DNA from: Myxococcota bacterium | GTDB lineage: Bacteria; Myxococcota_A; UBA9160; PR03 | Assembly (NCBI GenBank): GCA_041611735.1 | Contig: JBFIML010000005.1 | Coordinates: 1-64,000 of the forward strand | Direction of reading: 5' to 3' | Length of the DNA stretch: 64,000 bases | Shown: positions 8,713-17,744 of the stretch, piece by piece | How the letters are laid out: each line of letters opens with the position of its first letter | How positions within the stretch are numbered: the stretch's first letter is position 1 | Translations under genes and position numbers: made by a program | Notes under the pieces: model-generated | What the model was told of the DNA's origin: nothing | The model's database searches: none | What the model saw: only the letters and a program-made list of their open reading frames with translations

Positions 8713-10257
8713 TTGAGCGTGTCCACGCGCGGCGGAGAGATAGAGCGGTCCCCTCTCGCCTGGCGCTGGTTGCTCGCGCTCACGGGGGCTCGGCTGGCCG
8801 TGTACGCGTTTGCGAACGGCTCGCGCGCGTACGGCTTCATGACGGACGAGTACTACTACCTCGACTGCACGGAGCATCTCGCGCTCGGTTACGTCGACCA
8901 TCCGCCTCTGTCCATCTGGCTGCTCTGGCTCGTGCGGGCGACGCTCGGCGACTCGATCGAGGCAGTGCGCTTGCTTCCCGCGCTTGCCCATTGCGTGACG
9001 CTGGTGCTCGCCGGCTGGCTCGCGCGCGAGCTCGGCGGTGGACGCCGGGCTCAGGCGTTCGCGGCCCTCATGACACTCACGTCTCCGCTGATTTTCGGCG
9101 TGACGGCTACGTACTCGATGAACTCACTCGAGTTCGTCCTATGGATGGCGGCCGCTGTGGTGATCGCGAAGCTGCTGCGCGGCACGACGACGTCCCGTTG
9201 GCTGAGCTTGGGGGCGATTCTCGGCCTCGGCCTGTTGAACAAGCTCAGCATGCTGTGGTTCGGTCTCGGATTCGCGGTGGGCCTGCTGGCGACCGATGCG
9301 CGTCGCCAGATCGCAACGCCCGGCCCGTGGCTCGCAGCGGCTCTGGCGGCATTGATCTTTCTCCCGAATCTCTTCTGGCAGCACTCGAACGGCTGGGCGA
9401 CCGCAGAGTTCATGCGCGCCACGGCAGTCGAGAAACAGCTGACGTACACGTCCCCGGTCGAGTTCCTGCTCGTGCAGCTCTTCATAAACGGGGTCCCCTT
9501 CTGGCCAATGGGGCTCGTCTGGTACTTCCGCGTGGCCGGCCGGCGACATCGGCTGCTCGGCTGGCTGTTCGGGACGGTCTTCGTCCTTCTGCTCGTCAGC
9601 GGCTCCGCGAAGCCCTACTACGCGGCTCCGGTCTATCCGATCGTCTTTGCCGCAGCGGGTGTCTGGTTCGAGGGTGTCGCGCGCATGCGTGTCTGGCTCG
9701 CTCCCGTCGCGGCCGCTGCGCTGGTCGGGATGGCCGTCCTCCTCGCACCGCTCGGGTTCTCTCTCGTACCGCCCGAACGCCTGGCTCGCGCGCTGGAGGA
9801 GCTGGGGGTCGGCGGTCTCACGGTCGACGTCACCGAGGCATCGCCTCTGCCCCAGCACTTCGCTCAGATGTTTCACGGTGAGGCGGTCGTGCGCGCCGTC
9901 GAGGAGGCCGCGACCACGCTGTCCGCGGACGAGCGGAAGAAGGCGTTCGTGCTCGCCGGACACTTCGGTGAAGCGGGGCCGATCAACTTTCACCGTCGCG
10001 AGCTGGACCTTCCGCCGGCGGTCGGAGGTCACACCGGCTACTGGCTCTGGGGCCCTGGCGACGCCACCGCCGACGTGATGATCGTCGTCGCCGAGCCGGG
10101 CTCGGCGCTCCTCGAGAACTGGAGGGAGGTGGTTCGTGTTTCCGCCATCGACTGCCTCTGGTGCATGCCGTATCTGACGGATAAGTCCCTCTACGTCGTG
10201 CGAGGACCCGAGCGATCCATCGATGAGATCTGGCCCGAGCTGAGGGACTTCGAATGA
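8713..10257 (+). CDS. GT-C fold membrane glycosyltransferase (GT39/ArnT-like)
   Basis: YGFMTDEYYYLDC..HLALGYVDHPPL, GLGLLNKLS, PNLFWQ, KPYY motifs. Confidence 0.88.
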   Translation: MSVSTRGGEIERSPLAWRWLLALTGARLAVYAFANGSRAYGFMTDEYYYLDCTEHLALGYVDHPPLSIWLLWLVRATLGDSIEAVRLLPALAHCVTLVLAGWLARELGGGRRAQAFAALMTLTSPLIFGVTATYSMNSLEFVLWMAAAVVIAKLLRGTTTSRWLSLGAILGLGLLNKLSMLWFGLGFAVGLLATDARRQIATPGPWLAAALAALIFLPNLFWQHSNGWATAEFMRATAVEKQLTYTSPVEFLLVQLFINGVPFWPMGLVWYFRVAGRRHRLLGWLFGTVFVLLLVSGSAKPYYAAPVYPIVFAAAGVWFEGVARMRVWLAPVAAAALVGMAVLLAPLGFSLVPPERLARALEELGVGGLTVDVTEASPLPQHFAQMFHGEAVVRAVEEAATTLSADERKKAFVLAGHFGEAGPINFHRRELDLPPAVGGHTGYWLWGPGDATADVMIVVAEPGSALLENWREVVRVSAIDCLWCMPYLTDKSLYVVRGPERSIDEIWPELRDFE

Positions 10258-10318
10258 CCGAGGAGCTTGGGTTGCGTGCCAGCGAGCGTTCAGGTGAGGT
10301 CGGGGCGCTCCTCGAGCG

Positions 10319-10385
10319 GCCGCCTACGGCCCGCCCAGCCCGATCTCCCCCGGGGAGTTGTCACTTCGGGGCTTGTCGGACCTCG
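10319..10385 (+). repeat. 67-bp direct repeat, copy 1
   Basis: gccgcctacggcccgcccagcccgatctccc...cacttcggggcttgtcgga; 3 mismatches to 12754-12820. Confidence 0.9.
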
Positions 10386-10508
10386 CTGGCCCGGAAGTTT
10401 GCCGAGCGCGTAAGCACGAAAGGAAAGCTTTCTATTTCGCCGAGGTCGCTCGCGGTCCGCTACGGGCCGATCCTGACGTCGCCGCGTCCCGATGGGAGGC
10501 CGGGGTAG

Positions 10509-10745
10509 GGCTGCTCCCCGCTCTGGGAGCCACGGGCGCAGCCGGACTCGCGGAGCAGACCAAGCATGACCATGCTCGCCTGCGCGATCTCGTGCGCGGC
10601 GCGTGGTCGAAGCACACGGTGGCCCAGCTCGGCGAGCTTCTCGAGAAGCACGTGCGCTTCGAGGAGCGCGTGCTCTCTCCGAGAGCGGAAGCGCTGCTGT
10701 TGGTGGCCGAGCTGAACTGGATCCGCGACGCCACCCCGAAGCCAG
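10509..10745 (+). pseudogene. Hemerythrin-like domain C-terminal fragment
   Basis: DHARLRDL...LGELLEKHVRFEERVL (H-xxx-EE motif); no credible start. Confidence 0.6.
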
Positions 10746-10814
10746 AAGGTCGCCGTGGGGCAGCCGCCGATGAAAGGACGGAACCGCAAGGCGGACACCC
10801 GCCGGCAGAGAGCG

Positions 10815-12149
10815 TCAGTTGCCGTCGGTCCGGCCCCCCAGCCCGTCCTCCGGTCCAGGCGCCGGCTTCAAGAGCCGTTCATAGACGGTCTTCGCAACGA
10901 ACCGGTGGCCCTCGCTGTTCCAGTGCGTATCATCGTGCCACCACAGCAGCCGGTTGGAATTCAAGTACAGATCGTTCGCGGCTATCGTCATGGTCGGCGT
11001 CAAGTCCAGGAATTCGATAGCGCGCGACCGGCAGAATCTCTCGACGATCCGCGAGAACCCCGAAGGCTGCGTCGCCGTGCTTTCTGGCGCGGTGTTATCG
11101 ATCACCCAGCGATAGATCTCTTCTTTGGACGGGATCAGAAGCACCTTGAACGTGGCCTTGTGTCGATCGGAAAGCTCCTTGATGGCTTCGAGCGTCAACA
11201 GGAGATTGGGGTAATTCTCGTGGCCGAGAAGTGCCTGCTCGGAGCGGCCGGCTCTCTTGTTGTAGGGTCCGTAGAACAAGATCTTCTTCCCGTCCCCGAG
11301 CTCCCTGACCAGAACCTTGTGCGATTCATCGCCCTGAATGAGCCGTTTAGACAATTGCGCGATCACGGAGCGCTTCCGATAGTTCGACAGCTTGACCGAC
11401 TGGACACCGACGAAACTTGCAACGCGCAAGTCCGCAGTATCGAAAGAGGGTCCGTAGGCTTCATCCAGGTCGTTGCCGGGGAAGAGTGCGAGTACGATGA
11501 TCGGGTTGGCCTCGTCGAGACGGGGCATTTCCATCGCCAGGTTGATGTAGCTTTGCCAGGGGCTGCCGGGAATCGCGAGGTTGTATACGTGCAAGTGATA
11601 CTCGCTTTCGAGCAGGCTGGCCCAGGTATGGTCCTGGGTCGTGCCGGTTCCCACGGCGAACGAGTCCCCGATCAGCAAGACGTCATAGGCCGCCTTGCCC
11701 GAACGCGACGGTTTGTTTCGGAATCCGTAGGGGTCCGTGACGAACACGATGTTCCGTGGCTGCCGGAGGCTCGGGTCGGTCGACATCGCGGCCAGATCGC
11801 CAAAGGTCTGACGGATCACTTGCGCATTGGGTTTGTAGCGGGAAACCAGGGGTAAGTATGGCCATCGTTCGATGAGCATCTCGTGCGGTCGATAATACAG
11901 TCGCTCTTGGTAGAAGTTTCTCGAGACAAGATCCGCGAAGACGCCACACGAGCCCACGGAAACGATGAGCAGCATGATGTTTTCGATCAGGACCGGCTTT
12001 CCGGACCGGACATAGCGCCACGCGACTGGCGCGATCAGTACTAGGATCACGAAGGCGACGAGTAGTGAGATGATTCCGATGACGAACAATCCGCCCAGCG
12101 CGAGCAGGGCAGCAGCACAAAGGGAAATCCGGTGCCCATTTCTCTTCAT
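10815..12149 (-). CDS. Membrane-anchored SGNH hydrolase-like protein (AlgX/AlgJ-type)
   Basis: LIGDSFAVG, GND and DDTHWN catalytic motifs; N-terminal TM helices; lower GC. Confidence 0.8.
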   Translation of the reverse strand: MKRNGHRISLCAAALLALGGLFVIGIISLLVAFVILVLIAPVAWRYVRSGKPVLIENIMLLIVSVGSCGVFADLVSRNFYQERLYYRPHEMLIERWPYLPLVSRYKPNAQVIRQTFGDLAAMSTDPSLRQPRNIVFVTDPYGFRNKPSRSGKAAYDVLLIGDSFAVGTGTTQDHTWASLLESEYHLHVYNLAIPGSPWQSYINLAMEMPRLDEANPIIVLALFPGNDLDEAYGPSFDTADLRVASFVGVQSVKLSNYRKRSVIAQLSKRLIQGDESHKVLVRELGDGKKILFYGPYNKRAGRSEQALLGHENYPNLLLTLEAIKELSDRHKATFKVLLIPSKEEIYRWVIDNTAPESTATQPSGFSRIVERFCRSRAIEFLDLTPTMTIAANDLYLNSNRLLWWHDDTHWNSEGHRFVAKTVYERLLKPAPGPEDGLGGRTDGN

Positions 12150-12753
12150 GGCGCTTCGTTGTGGCTGTTGCGGGTTGGGAGCGCGTGGCCTGTCCCGGCG
12201 GTCTCTTCGCCCGTGGCGCCATCGACGGATGGTTGATCGTCGGCAGTTCCCGGTGCGCCGCCCGGACGAATAGGATATTCCACAATCGCGACACCGGCTG
12301 GGCGCCGCCTGGGGTCGAACCTCCCCAGGAATTTGTCTGCACCGCGGGCACGAGGTCCCCGACGGGATCGAGTCCCGTCCGCCCCGCTGTCGCAAGAGGG
12401 CGCGCTCGCTCCGGGCGCTAGCGTGCGGAGAACACTCCTACGACATGGTTCACCCACATCGGGATCAGGGTCGCCCAATAGGCGACCATCCAGGTGAGGC
12501 CGACGAGACCGTCCCACGCGTCGGCGTCACGCGCCCGGTTCCTCAGGTGGAAGCTGAGCCTGCTCTTCGCCAGCGTGTATCTGCCGTGGCAGCTCATTCA
12601 CCTGAGCGTTCTGCGTTCGGATGCGAGGACGAGCGCTGAGACGGCCGAACCCGGCACGGGGGTGACCTGGAAGCGGCTGGCGAGAGGCCTGCGTCGATCC
12701 AGGAGGAGGACTTCCCTGCCAGCGAGCGTATCGACGGTCCCGTAGAGATAGGC

Positions 12754-12820
12754 GCCGCCTACGGCCCGCCCAGCCCGATCTCCCACGGGGAGCTGTCACT
12801 TCGGGGCTTGTCGGATCTCG
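12754..12820 (+). repeat. 67-bp direct repeat, copy 2
   Basis: Near-identical to 10319-10385. Confidence 0.9.
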
Positions 12821-12903
12821 GAAGCCTGCTTATTCGCCCTAGCCGCCGCAGCCCCCGCAACCCGACGAAGACCCAGGCCATCGAGCGTCGCCACTCTAGG
12901 ATC

Positions 12904-13206
12904 TCAGGCCGTCGCCTTGAGCTCGACCCTCAGACGAAATCCCAGCGCGTCGAGAAGCGCCTCCAGGCTACGCAGCTCCGGGTTGCCGTCCTCGGACAGC
13001 ATGCGGTAGAGGTGCTCCCGATTGAGCTGGGCAATCTCTGCCAGGCCCGCCAGTCCGCCCTCGCGGGCGCGAGCTACGTCGCGGAGCCCCAGGAGGAAGA
13101 CCTCCGGATTTTCTTCTCCGAGCGCGGCGTTGAGGTAGGCGACCGCTTCCGCGTCGTCCTTGAGAACCTCGTCCAGATGGTCTCGGTAGTCTCTAGCTCT
13201 TGCCAT
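12904..13206 (-). CDS. Addiction-module antidote protein (HI1420-like HTH antitoxin)
   Basis: AVAYLNAAL...LRDVARAREGGLAGLAEIAQLNREHLYRMLSEDGNPELRSL. Confidence 0.88.
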   Translation of the reverse strand: MARARDYRDHLDEVLKDDAEAVAYLNAALGEENPEVFLLGLRDVARAREGGLAGLAEIAQLNREHLYRMLSEDGNPELRSLEALLDALGFRLRVELKATA

Positions 13207-13209
13207 GGT

Positions 13210-13420
13210 CTTGACTCCGATAGTCGCGCCAGTACCGCGTCGGCGCGCTCGATGTCTCTCGCCTGCGATCGCTTGTCTCCGCCACAGAGCAGGATCACGA
13301 CGGTGTCGCCTTCTCGCCCGAAGTAGACTCGGTAGCCCCCGCTTCGAGTCGCCGGGGTTGCCGAGGCGGAGCCGACCGATCCGAGCCCGGATCCTGGCCC
13401 GCGCCGCCCCGGTCTCTGAG
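13210..13420 (-). pseudogene. Addiction-module killer (HI1419-like RelE/ParE) toxin, frameshifted and truncated
   Basis: ARARIRARIGRLRLGNPGDSK and GYRVYFGREGDTVVILLCGGDKRSQARDIERA lie in different frames; the intervening segment appears lost. Confidence 0.8.
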
Positions 13421-13608
13421 TTTCCTTTCCTACTCGACGTAGGGCTCGGCGCCGTCCGGGCGGGCATAGGCACCCGCGAAGGGTCGCCTTAAAGCTACAA
13501 GCCGCCACAGGGTCTTCGGCCCAGCGTAGGCGCACGTTGGCGACAAACCGGCGACAAGGCGTCACGCTCCGGAGTCCTTGTCTTCGGGGTCGTTAGGCCG
13601 CTCGCGGC

Positions 13609-13634
13609 CGGGTTCGATTCCCGCCGCCTCCACA
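13609..13634 (+). other. tmRNA (ssrA) 3'-end fragment, probable att scar
   Basis: CGGG-TTCGATT-CCCG T-arm + CGCCTCC-A acceptor strand (pairs with GGGGGCG, G3.U70); no 5' half found upstream. Confidence 0.7.
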
Positions 13635-13654
13635 AAATTTCGAAGCGGTTTCGA

Positions 13655-13775
13655 GGGCTTCCACCCCTCCCTCCGCCTGACGACGCCGAGGTCGGGCGAG
13701 TGGTGGGCCAGGTCGCCCGGCGCATCGCCCGGCTCCTCGAGCGCCGAGGACTCGGCCCCGAATCGGATCCCGTTG
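13655..13775 (+). pseudogene. IS91-family transposase internal fragment
   Basis: PPLPPPDDAEVGRVVGQVARRIARLLERRGLGPESDP resembles IS91-type transposases (recognition from memory). Confidence 0.5.
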
Positions 13776-13797
13776 TCGGCAGCGCTCGAAACTGGCT

Positions 13798-13883
13798 GCC
13801 TAACACGCCAGCTTCAGATCCGTCTGCGTCTGGAGCGGGTAGTTTCGCGCCCAGCGGCGCTCGCTCTGCGGCCATTGTCCGAC
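13798..13883 (+). repeat. attC-like imperfect palindrome (degenerate)
   Basis: GCCTAAC-acgcca-GCTTCAGA ... TCTGCGGC-catt-GTCCGAC. Confidence 0.4.
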
Positions 13884-14159
13884 AAGATGCTCGCCCTTGG
13901 CGATCGAGACTGTCGCCCCTTGACCTCTTCCTCGTAGGCGTGAGATAACGTTTGACGAAGAGCCGTGGGCCGGCTCAGATGAACTCAGTTCGCGGGGCGG
14001 AGTCGAAGCGAATCGCAGCTTGCGTGAGAAGGGGGATGGATGCGCGTTCCCTCTTCCCTGTGCCCGGGCATGCGCAGCGGGCAGCGCGGTCGATGCGAGG
14101 ACGGCTGAGACAACGATGAACCCCTTGAAACCGCGCAGTCGAAGAAGCGCGAGCAGCTG

Positions 14160-15146
14160 TTGGAGATGGGGGCTTTTCTGAACGAAACCAGGGGCAAGAA
14201 CGCGCCCCCGGGCCTGGAACGTCTGCAACAGCGCACGGGAGAGATCCGGGGCCGTTCGAGGGCCGAGCGTGCCGTTGGTTCTCGGAACGCGACCGCAAGC
14301 GGCGAGAATGCAGGCGGCGCGCAAACCGACGCAGATGGATTGGATCTCTACTTCCCGGTGAAGGCACACCGTGAGAAGTGGAAGGGAGACGGGAATCTGC
14401 TCGTAGCCTTTGCTCCGATGGGCGACGAGGTAGACGTTTCCGAGATCGTGGCCTACTCGGTAAAGAACGGGAAAAGAATTAGGCTCGATCCCGCAAGAGA
14501 GCCCGATCAGGCCGTGCTAGTGATCGCCATGGAAGAGCACGGCAGCCACGAAGCAGTCGCGCCTACGAAACAGGACGAACCCCAGGCCGCGGAGCGCGAG
14601 AAGCCCAACTTCGAAGGTGGCAACCCGCTTCAACCCGAGCGGGAGGCGATACCGAGCAACTCCGTGCATGGAATCAAGTATCTCAAGATCTTCGATGGCA
14701 AGGAGCCCTGGTACAAGGGAGATCCAGAGATCTACCTGCTCTTTGGACGGGCGCAGGGCAACAGCTGCGTCGTCGGGCGCTACGAATGCGCCGCCGTCAA
14801 CGACGAGAATCGTTGGTACGACCTCGACAGGTGGCATAAGTGCAAACCGCAACAGGTCGACGAGCGCCAGAGCGCTCTTTGGCCGGTACTGGACCCAAAG
14901 CGCGACAAGCTCGTTGTGTTCATCTTCGAAGATGATTCACGCTATTCGGATCGCGATGGTGTCTTCCTGGACCATTTCTATCCGGGAATCACCTGTGCCT
15001 GGCACAATGGCATCGTCCCATCTGCCCCCGACCGTGGCGACGATCTGGTCCAGCTGATCTGGACCTTTCGAAGTCTCTACCCGTACGGCTCCGACTACTA
15101 TCACCGGGTCGGAAACGCGTATTTGGTCTGGCGCAAGGATCCCTGA
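14160..15146 (+). CDS. DUF3103-like hypothetical protein (N-terminus uncertain or truncated)
   Basis: LVAFAPMGDE..IVAYS...LDPAREPDQAVLVI and KEPWYKGDPEIY motifs. Confidence 0.6.
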   Translation: MEMGAFLNETRGKNAPPGLERLQQRTGEIRGRSRAERAVGSRNATASGENAGGAQTDADGLDLYFPVKAHREKWKGDGNLLVAFAPMGDEVDVSEIVAYSVKNGKRIRLDPAREPDQAVLVIAMEEHGSHEAVAPTKQDEPQAAEREKPNFEGGNPLQPEREAIPSNSVHGIKYLKIFDGKEPWYKGDPEIYLLFGRAQGNSCVVGRYECAAVNDENRWYDLDRWHKCKPQQVDERQSALWPVLDPKRDKLVVFIFEDDSRYSDRDGVFLDHFYPGITCAWHNGIVPSAPDRGDDLVQLIWTFRSLYPYGSDYYHRVGNAYLVWRKDP

Positions 15147-15222
15147 GCTCCAGCCGGGAAGCGCTCTCGGCGGCGATTCGCTCGATTGTTGGAGAAATCG
15201 CTGAGTCACCATTGGAGGAAGT

Positions 15223-16335
15223 ATGAATCCCGACTCGATCTGCCGGCAGTCTCTCCTCGCCCATGGCACCGCAATCGTTCTCCTCGGCGCGATACAGTTG
15301 CTTGGGGCGTCGCAGGCTTCCGCACAAGAAGCCGACGCGTCGATGACCTACGAGTACTCGGAGCATCAGCCTGAGACGGCGGCCACCGAGTCCCAGGTTG
15401 CCACGCGGGGCGACGCGATCTTCTTCAAGTCCTCGACGGACCAACTGAGGGCCTATACCGGGGCTTTCCTGGGCAGAGCCGAAGGTGGCAACCAGTCGGG
15501 GCTCCTATTCGAGCATACCAATCCTCCCGGTCAGAATCAGAACGCGGTGATGACAGTCGTCGGAGACGGGGTCCAGATCGGCGCGTTCATCAAGGCTCCC
15601 TTCCACCCAAAGACGCGAACGAAGACGGGCCAGCCGAAGCTCACGATCTTCAATTTCGAAGACGGGGCCGGATGTAGAGACACGGCCTGCAGGCGCAATA
15701 CCCAGGCACTCTATCTGGAAAGCCAGGGTCCCTGGGCCACAGCCCACATGCAGAACAACAAGGGCAACGACGTCCTCTACGTCGCGAAGACCGCTGGCGC
15801 GGGCCGATACATCAACGCCAGGGACGAATCGAAGAAGCGCGATGTCTTCACCGTGGCGGGCGACGGCACGACGAAGGTGCTCGTCCTGGAGGTGATGGGA
15901 GGCGCTGACCTCGCAGAAGACTTCGCCGTCGCCACGCAGGGAGTAGATTCCGCGGCGGATCCGAAACCGGGGATGGTCGTGTCGATCGATCCGTCGAACG
16001 AGGGCAACATCCAGCTGAGCGGCGAAGCCTACGATCGTCGCGTCGCTGGCGTGGTCAGCGGTGCGGGGGGGCTGGCGGCGGGTCTCCTGCTCGGAGTCCA
16101 AGAAGGCATGCGGGAGAACCAGCGCTCCGTCGCGCTGAGCGGTCGCGTGCACGTGCGTTGCAACGCGTCGAGCGGAGCCATCCGCCCGGGCGACTTGCTC
16201 ACCACTTCCGATCAGCCGGGCCATTGCATGAAGGTCACCGACCACGTACGCGCCCAGGGCGCCGTACTGGGCAAGGCCATGGGAACCCTCGAGGAGGGCA
16301 GCGGGCTCATCCTCGCGCTCGTTACGTTGCAGTGA
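15223..16335 (+). CDS. Secreted protein with C-terminal peptidase G2-like (intramolecular chaperone / autocleavage) domain
   Basis: Signal peptide (ASA|Q); GADLAEDF, PGMVVSID, VAGVVSG, VALSGRV, IRPGDLLTTS, GAVLGKAM. Confidence 0.72.
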   Translation: MNPDSICRQSLLAHGTAIVLLGAIQLLGASQASAQEADASMTYEYSEHQPETAATESQVATRGDAIFFKSSTDQLRAYTGAFLGRAEGGNQSGLLFEHTNPPGQNQNAVMTVVGDGVQIGAFIKAPFHPKTRTKTGQPKLTIFNFEDGAGCRDTACRRNTQALYLESQGPWATAHMQNNKGNDVLYVAKTAGAGRYINARDESKKRDVFTVAGDGTTKVLVLEVMGGADLAEDFAVATQGVDSAADPKPGMVVSIDPSNEGNIQLSGEAYDRRVAGVVSGAGGLAAGLLLGVQEGMRENQRSVALSGRVHVRCNASSGAIRPGDLLTTSDQPGHCMKVTDHVRAQGAVLGKAMGTLEEGSGLILALVTLQ

Positions 16336-17699
16336 TGCGTGAGTGGATGCTTCCGGCGGCACTCGGCCGGCTCGCTTCCCGCTGTTCGCTGCTCTTCCTC
16401 GCCATCCTGTTGCCCTTGGAGGCCGCGGCGCAGGAGGCCTGGGCGGCAGGTCGCAGCCCCGTTCGAGCCGGCTACCAGGCTCCCTACCTCTACCTCGGCA
16501 ACAGCGCGGCCGACGACGACCGCGGGGGGCACTACGACCTGCTTCAGGGCATCGCCAACGGCCCCCGTCACTGGTACTTCTCGCGATACGACGAGCACCA
16601 GGGCTATCTCTACCGGGTTTCGTACAGTGAGCATCTGGGCCACAAGTTCAGCTTCGACAGGCTCGAACTGACGGCCGCCGTGGATCTCGGTCGGTACCCG
16701 GATTGCAATCCAGTTCGCGATTCTGGCGACTTCCGCGTTTCCTGCCTCCACCCTGGCGACATCGACTACCACGAGCAGGATGGTCGCGGATGGATCGTCG
16801 TTGCTCACGAGTGCGAGGTGTGGGAGAGCGGAAGGGGATCGTCGAAGATCCGGGATACGGCGTTGCTCGGCTTCTATCCCGACGACGCTTTCGGCACGCC
16901 CGCCGAGGCCATCGAGCCCCACGCCTTCGCGGTTCTGGACGGCTGGCAGCACAAGCTACCCGCTGTCGCGGTACGGAAGAACGGGGTGGTGGTTACCACG
17001 AACGGTGGCTCGAAGAGCCGAGACCTGATGCTGGAGTACGAGATTCCGTGGCGGGCGGTCGCCGCAGGCGGCTGCCTGAACGGTGAAGTCACGAGGATGA
17101 ACCCGGCCGGCCCCAAAGAGATCCGGCTCGTGCGTGAGGACGGTGCGAGTCCATTTCTTGCCGACGACTGGCGGCAGGGTTTCGACCTCAGCGACGACGA
17201 ATCCCTGCTGTTTCTCCTCACGGGGAAGAGCTGCATGGTGCAGAGCTGCGACGCCGCCAGGCTCAACGTGTTCGAGGCGGCCGGCGGGACGTGGAAGTTT
17301 CTGAGGAGATCGAGTCATCACGATCGACCCTTCTGGTTCAAGGTCGAGTGTTGTGGACAGGAGCCGGAGGGCGTCTCTTACTACGACCTCAGCAATGTCA
17401 CCGACCTGCACCCGCAGATGAAACGTGGACAGCTGCACGCCATCCTGTTGGGGAACAAATACGTCGGCGGAAAGCTGGCCGGCGCCAAAGACTCCGTCTG
17501 GATCAAGCATTTCACGAGCATCGTCGAGGTCGCGCGGGGCGAGACGCTTGCCGACGTGGTGAATCGAAAGTGGAAAAGAGAGGGCGTCTGGGACGGCTCC
17601 GTCCTCGCCCTGGAACGCGGCGTCTATTCTGGGCCGGTGACGCTCCGCAAGCGAGTTCGTGTCGTGACCCGGGACGGCCCAGCACTGATCGGCCGCTAG
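16335..17699 (+). CDS. Secreted hypothetical protein, probable beta-propeller (paralog A)
   Basis: ATG overlaps upstream stop; signal peptide; QG..HWY, HPGDID, QGF, QEPEG, GQLH, WIKH, WDGS motifs. Confidence 0.75.
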   Translation: MREWMLPAALGRLASRCSLLFLAILLPLEAAAQEAWAAGRSPVRAGYQAPYLYLGNSAADDDRGGHYDLLQGIANGPRHWYFSRYDEHQGYLYRVSYSEHLGHKFSFDRLELTAAVDLGRYPDCNPVRDSGDFRVSCLHPGDIDYHEQDGRGWIVVAHECEVWESGRGSSKIRDTALLGFYPDDAFGTPAEAIEPHAFAVLDGWQHKLPAVAVRKNGVVVTTNGGSKSRDLMLEYEIPWRAVAAGGCLNGEVTRMNPAGPKEIRLVREDGASPFLADDWRQGFDLSDDESLLFLLTGKSCMVQSCDAARLNVFEAAGGTWKFLRRSSHHDRPFWFKVECCGQEPEGVSYYDLSNVTDLHPQMKRGQLHAILLGNKYVGGKLAGAKDSVWIKHFTSIVEVARGETLADVVNRKWKREGVWDGSVLALERGVYSGPVTLRKRVRVVTRDGPALIGR

Positions 17700-17744
17700 C
17701 GCTCGGGCGTTGGGTCATGGGACGCATCAAAGCAGGAGGGGTCC

